A DNA stretch of 64,000 nt from an uncultured bacterium (GTDB lineage: Bacteria > Patescibacteriota > Minisyncoccia > Phycocordibacterales > CAIRYW01): positions 49,117 to 113,116 of the forward strand of contig CAIRYW010000004.1 of the NCBI GenBank assembly GCA_903882905.1, given 5' to 3'. The number at the start of each line of letters is the position of its first letter. Positions within the stretch are counted from its first letter, which is position 1. Made by a program: the position numbers and the translations under genes. Shown one piece after another: positions 62,629 through 64,000 of the stretch. The notes below the pieces were generated by a model. It worked only from the letters and a program-made list of their open reading frames with translations, searched no databases and had not been told where the DNA came from.

Positions 62629-63567
62629 TTATTTTATGATGTAAGTTCTCAGGTTATTTGTAATTCTTTCTAGGATGTCAATATTATCACTTTTTATGAA
62701 CTTCTGCTTTGTAATCTGCTCAAATATCTGAATATAACGTCTAGAAAGCTCCTGCACCATCTCTTCTGGGGCTTCTGGTAAAACCTTGTCCTCATATGGC
62801 TTACAGTTGTCCTTAAACCACAATCGGAGAAACTCTTTATCAAAATATTCAGGATCAAGACCTTGATCAATTCTGGCTTGATAAGTTCCTGCCTGCCAAT
62901 ATCTCGATGAATCTGGAGTATGAATTTCATCAATCAAAGTTACTTTCCCATTTTCATCAATTCCAAATTCATATTTTGTATCAACAAGAATCAGTCCTGC
63001 CTCGAGTGCAATTTCTTGACCTCGTTTAAAAACTTTAATTGCTTTATCTGCCACTTCATCCCAAATTTCTTTTGATACCAGCGCTTCTCTAACAATTTCT
63101 TTTGGAGTAACAGGTCTATCGTGTTCATCTGATTTTGTTGTTGGAGTAAGAACTGGTTCATCTAATTTCTGATTCTTTTTCATTCCATCAGGAAGAATAA
63201 AGCCACCAAAATCTCTCTCACCGTTTTGGTAAAGTGTCCAAAGTGATGTGTTTGTTGTACCAGTAATATATCCGCGAACAATTACTTCAATTGGAAGTGG
63301 TTTACACTTTTTGGCAACGAGTACATTTGGATCCGGAACTTCAATGACATGGTTCTGCACAATGTCCTTAGTTTTTTCAAACCAAAAAGCACTAATCTGA
63401 TTCAAAACTTGTCCCTTATAAGGAATGTGAGCAATGATTCTATCGAAAGACGAATGCCTATCTGTTGAAATTAAAATAATTTTGTCACCCTGGATGTATA
63501 TATCACGAACTTTTCCAACTTTTCTTTTGCCGATGTTTGTAAAATTTGTTTCTTTTAGTATGTTCAT
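62629..63567 (-). CDS. purC: SAICAR synthetase
   Basis: GKVRDIY, TDRHSSFD, TPTTK, LVDTKYEFG, DEIHTPDSSRYW. Confidence 0.96.
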   Translation of the reverse strand: MNILKETNFTNIGKRKVGKVRDIYIQGDKIILISTDRHSSFDRIIAHIPYKGQVLNQISAFWFEKTKDIVQNHVIEVPDPNVLVAKKCKPLPIEVIVRGYITGTTNTSLWTLYQNGERDFGGFILPDGMKKNQKLDEPVLTPTTKSDEHDRPVTPKEIVREALVSKEIWDEVADKAIKVFKRGQEIALEAGLILVDTKYEFGIDENGKVTLIDEIHTPDSSRYWQAGTYQARIDQGLDPEYFDKEFLRLWFKDNCKPYEDKVLPEAPEEMVQELSRRYIQIFEQITKQKFIKSDNIDILERITNNLRTYIIK

Positions 63568-63571
63568 AAAT

Positions 63572-64000
63572 TTATTTCAAAATTACTACTCCTGCTCCTT
63601 TTTCTATTTGCCCAATTTGGTACAAACTGAAATTAGAATATGCTTTTAAAATTTCTTTTACTTTTTCTACCTCACTTTGTGACACAATAAAAACTAGTCC
63701 GATTCCCATATTAAAAACTTGATACATTTCTTGTTCTGGTACATTACCTATTTTTTGCATTACCTCAAAAATAGGTAAAACTGGCCAGGTGCCTTTTGTA
63801 ATTATAGCGTTTAAATTTTCTGGTAGCACTCTTGGGATATTGTCTAAAAATCCACCGCCAGTTATATGTGCAATACCTCTTACTTCAATTCCACCATCTA
63901 AAAGTGCGAAAATTGGATTAGTATAATTTATATGTGGCTTAAGAAGAGCTTCTCCAATCGTTTCAGTAAGTTCTGGAATTTTTGAATCAACTTTGAGTCC
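63572..64000 (-). CDS. purM: AIR synthetase (5' truncated by window)
   Basis: LLKPHINY, IAHITGGGFLDNIPRVLP, EMYQVFNMGIG. Confidence 0.93.
   Translation of the reverse strand, partial: GLKVDSKIPELTETIGEALLKPHINYTNPIFALLDGGIEVRGIAHITGGGFLDNIPRVLPENLNAIITKGTWPVLPIFEVMQKIGNVPEQEMYQVFNMGIGLVFIVSQSEVEKVKEILKAYSNFSLYQIGQIEKGAGVVILK

Overview
AT-rich bacterial chromosome segment that looks like Patescibacteria/CPR (Parcubacteria-like); this is inferred from the archaeal-type PyrH, the short ATP synthase epsilon, many Thr/Ser-rich secreted proteins and AT-rich leaders without Shine-Dalgarno sequences. Housekeeping blocks are atpAGDC, pyrH, tsaC, hppA, ddl, uvrC/A/B, tgt, eno-pyk-gpmA and purB/C/M. 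Three accessory regions stand out. (1) A cobalamin module: class II RNR nrdJ, an ECF S component, an internal cobalamin riboswitch with terminator, and two DUF4430/transcobalamin-like surface proteins. (2) A MazG-like gene, a DUF2075 nuclease-helicase fused to an S24 protease domain, an acidic micro-protein, and a nearby Fic gene. (3) Two related integrative elements in tandem at the 3' end of tRNA-Ala(TGC), about 26216-35615 and 35608-40795. In each, the inferred attachment core lies inside the 3' end of a large serine recombinase gene, so integration or excision would swap the recombinase C-terminal tail in frame. The two elements also share a regulator family, a small candidate directionality factor, structured non-coding regions and secreted proteins with a constant leader and variable bodies. 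All calls come from motif reading only; no database searches were run.
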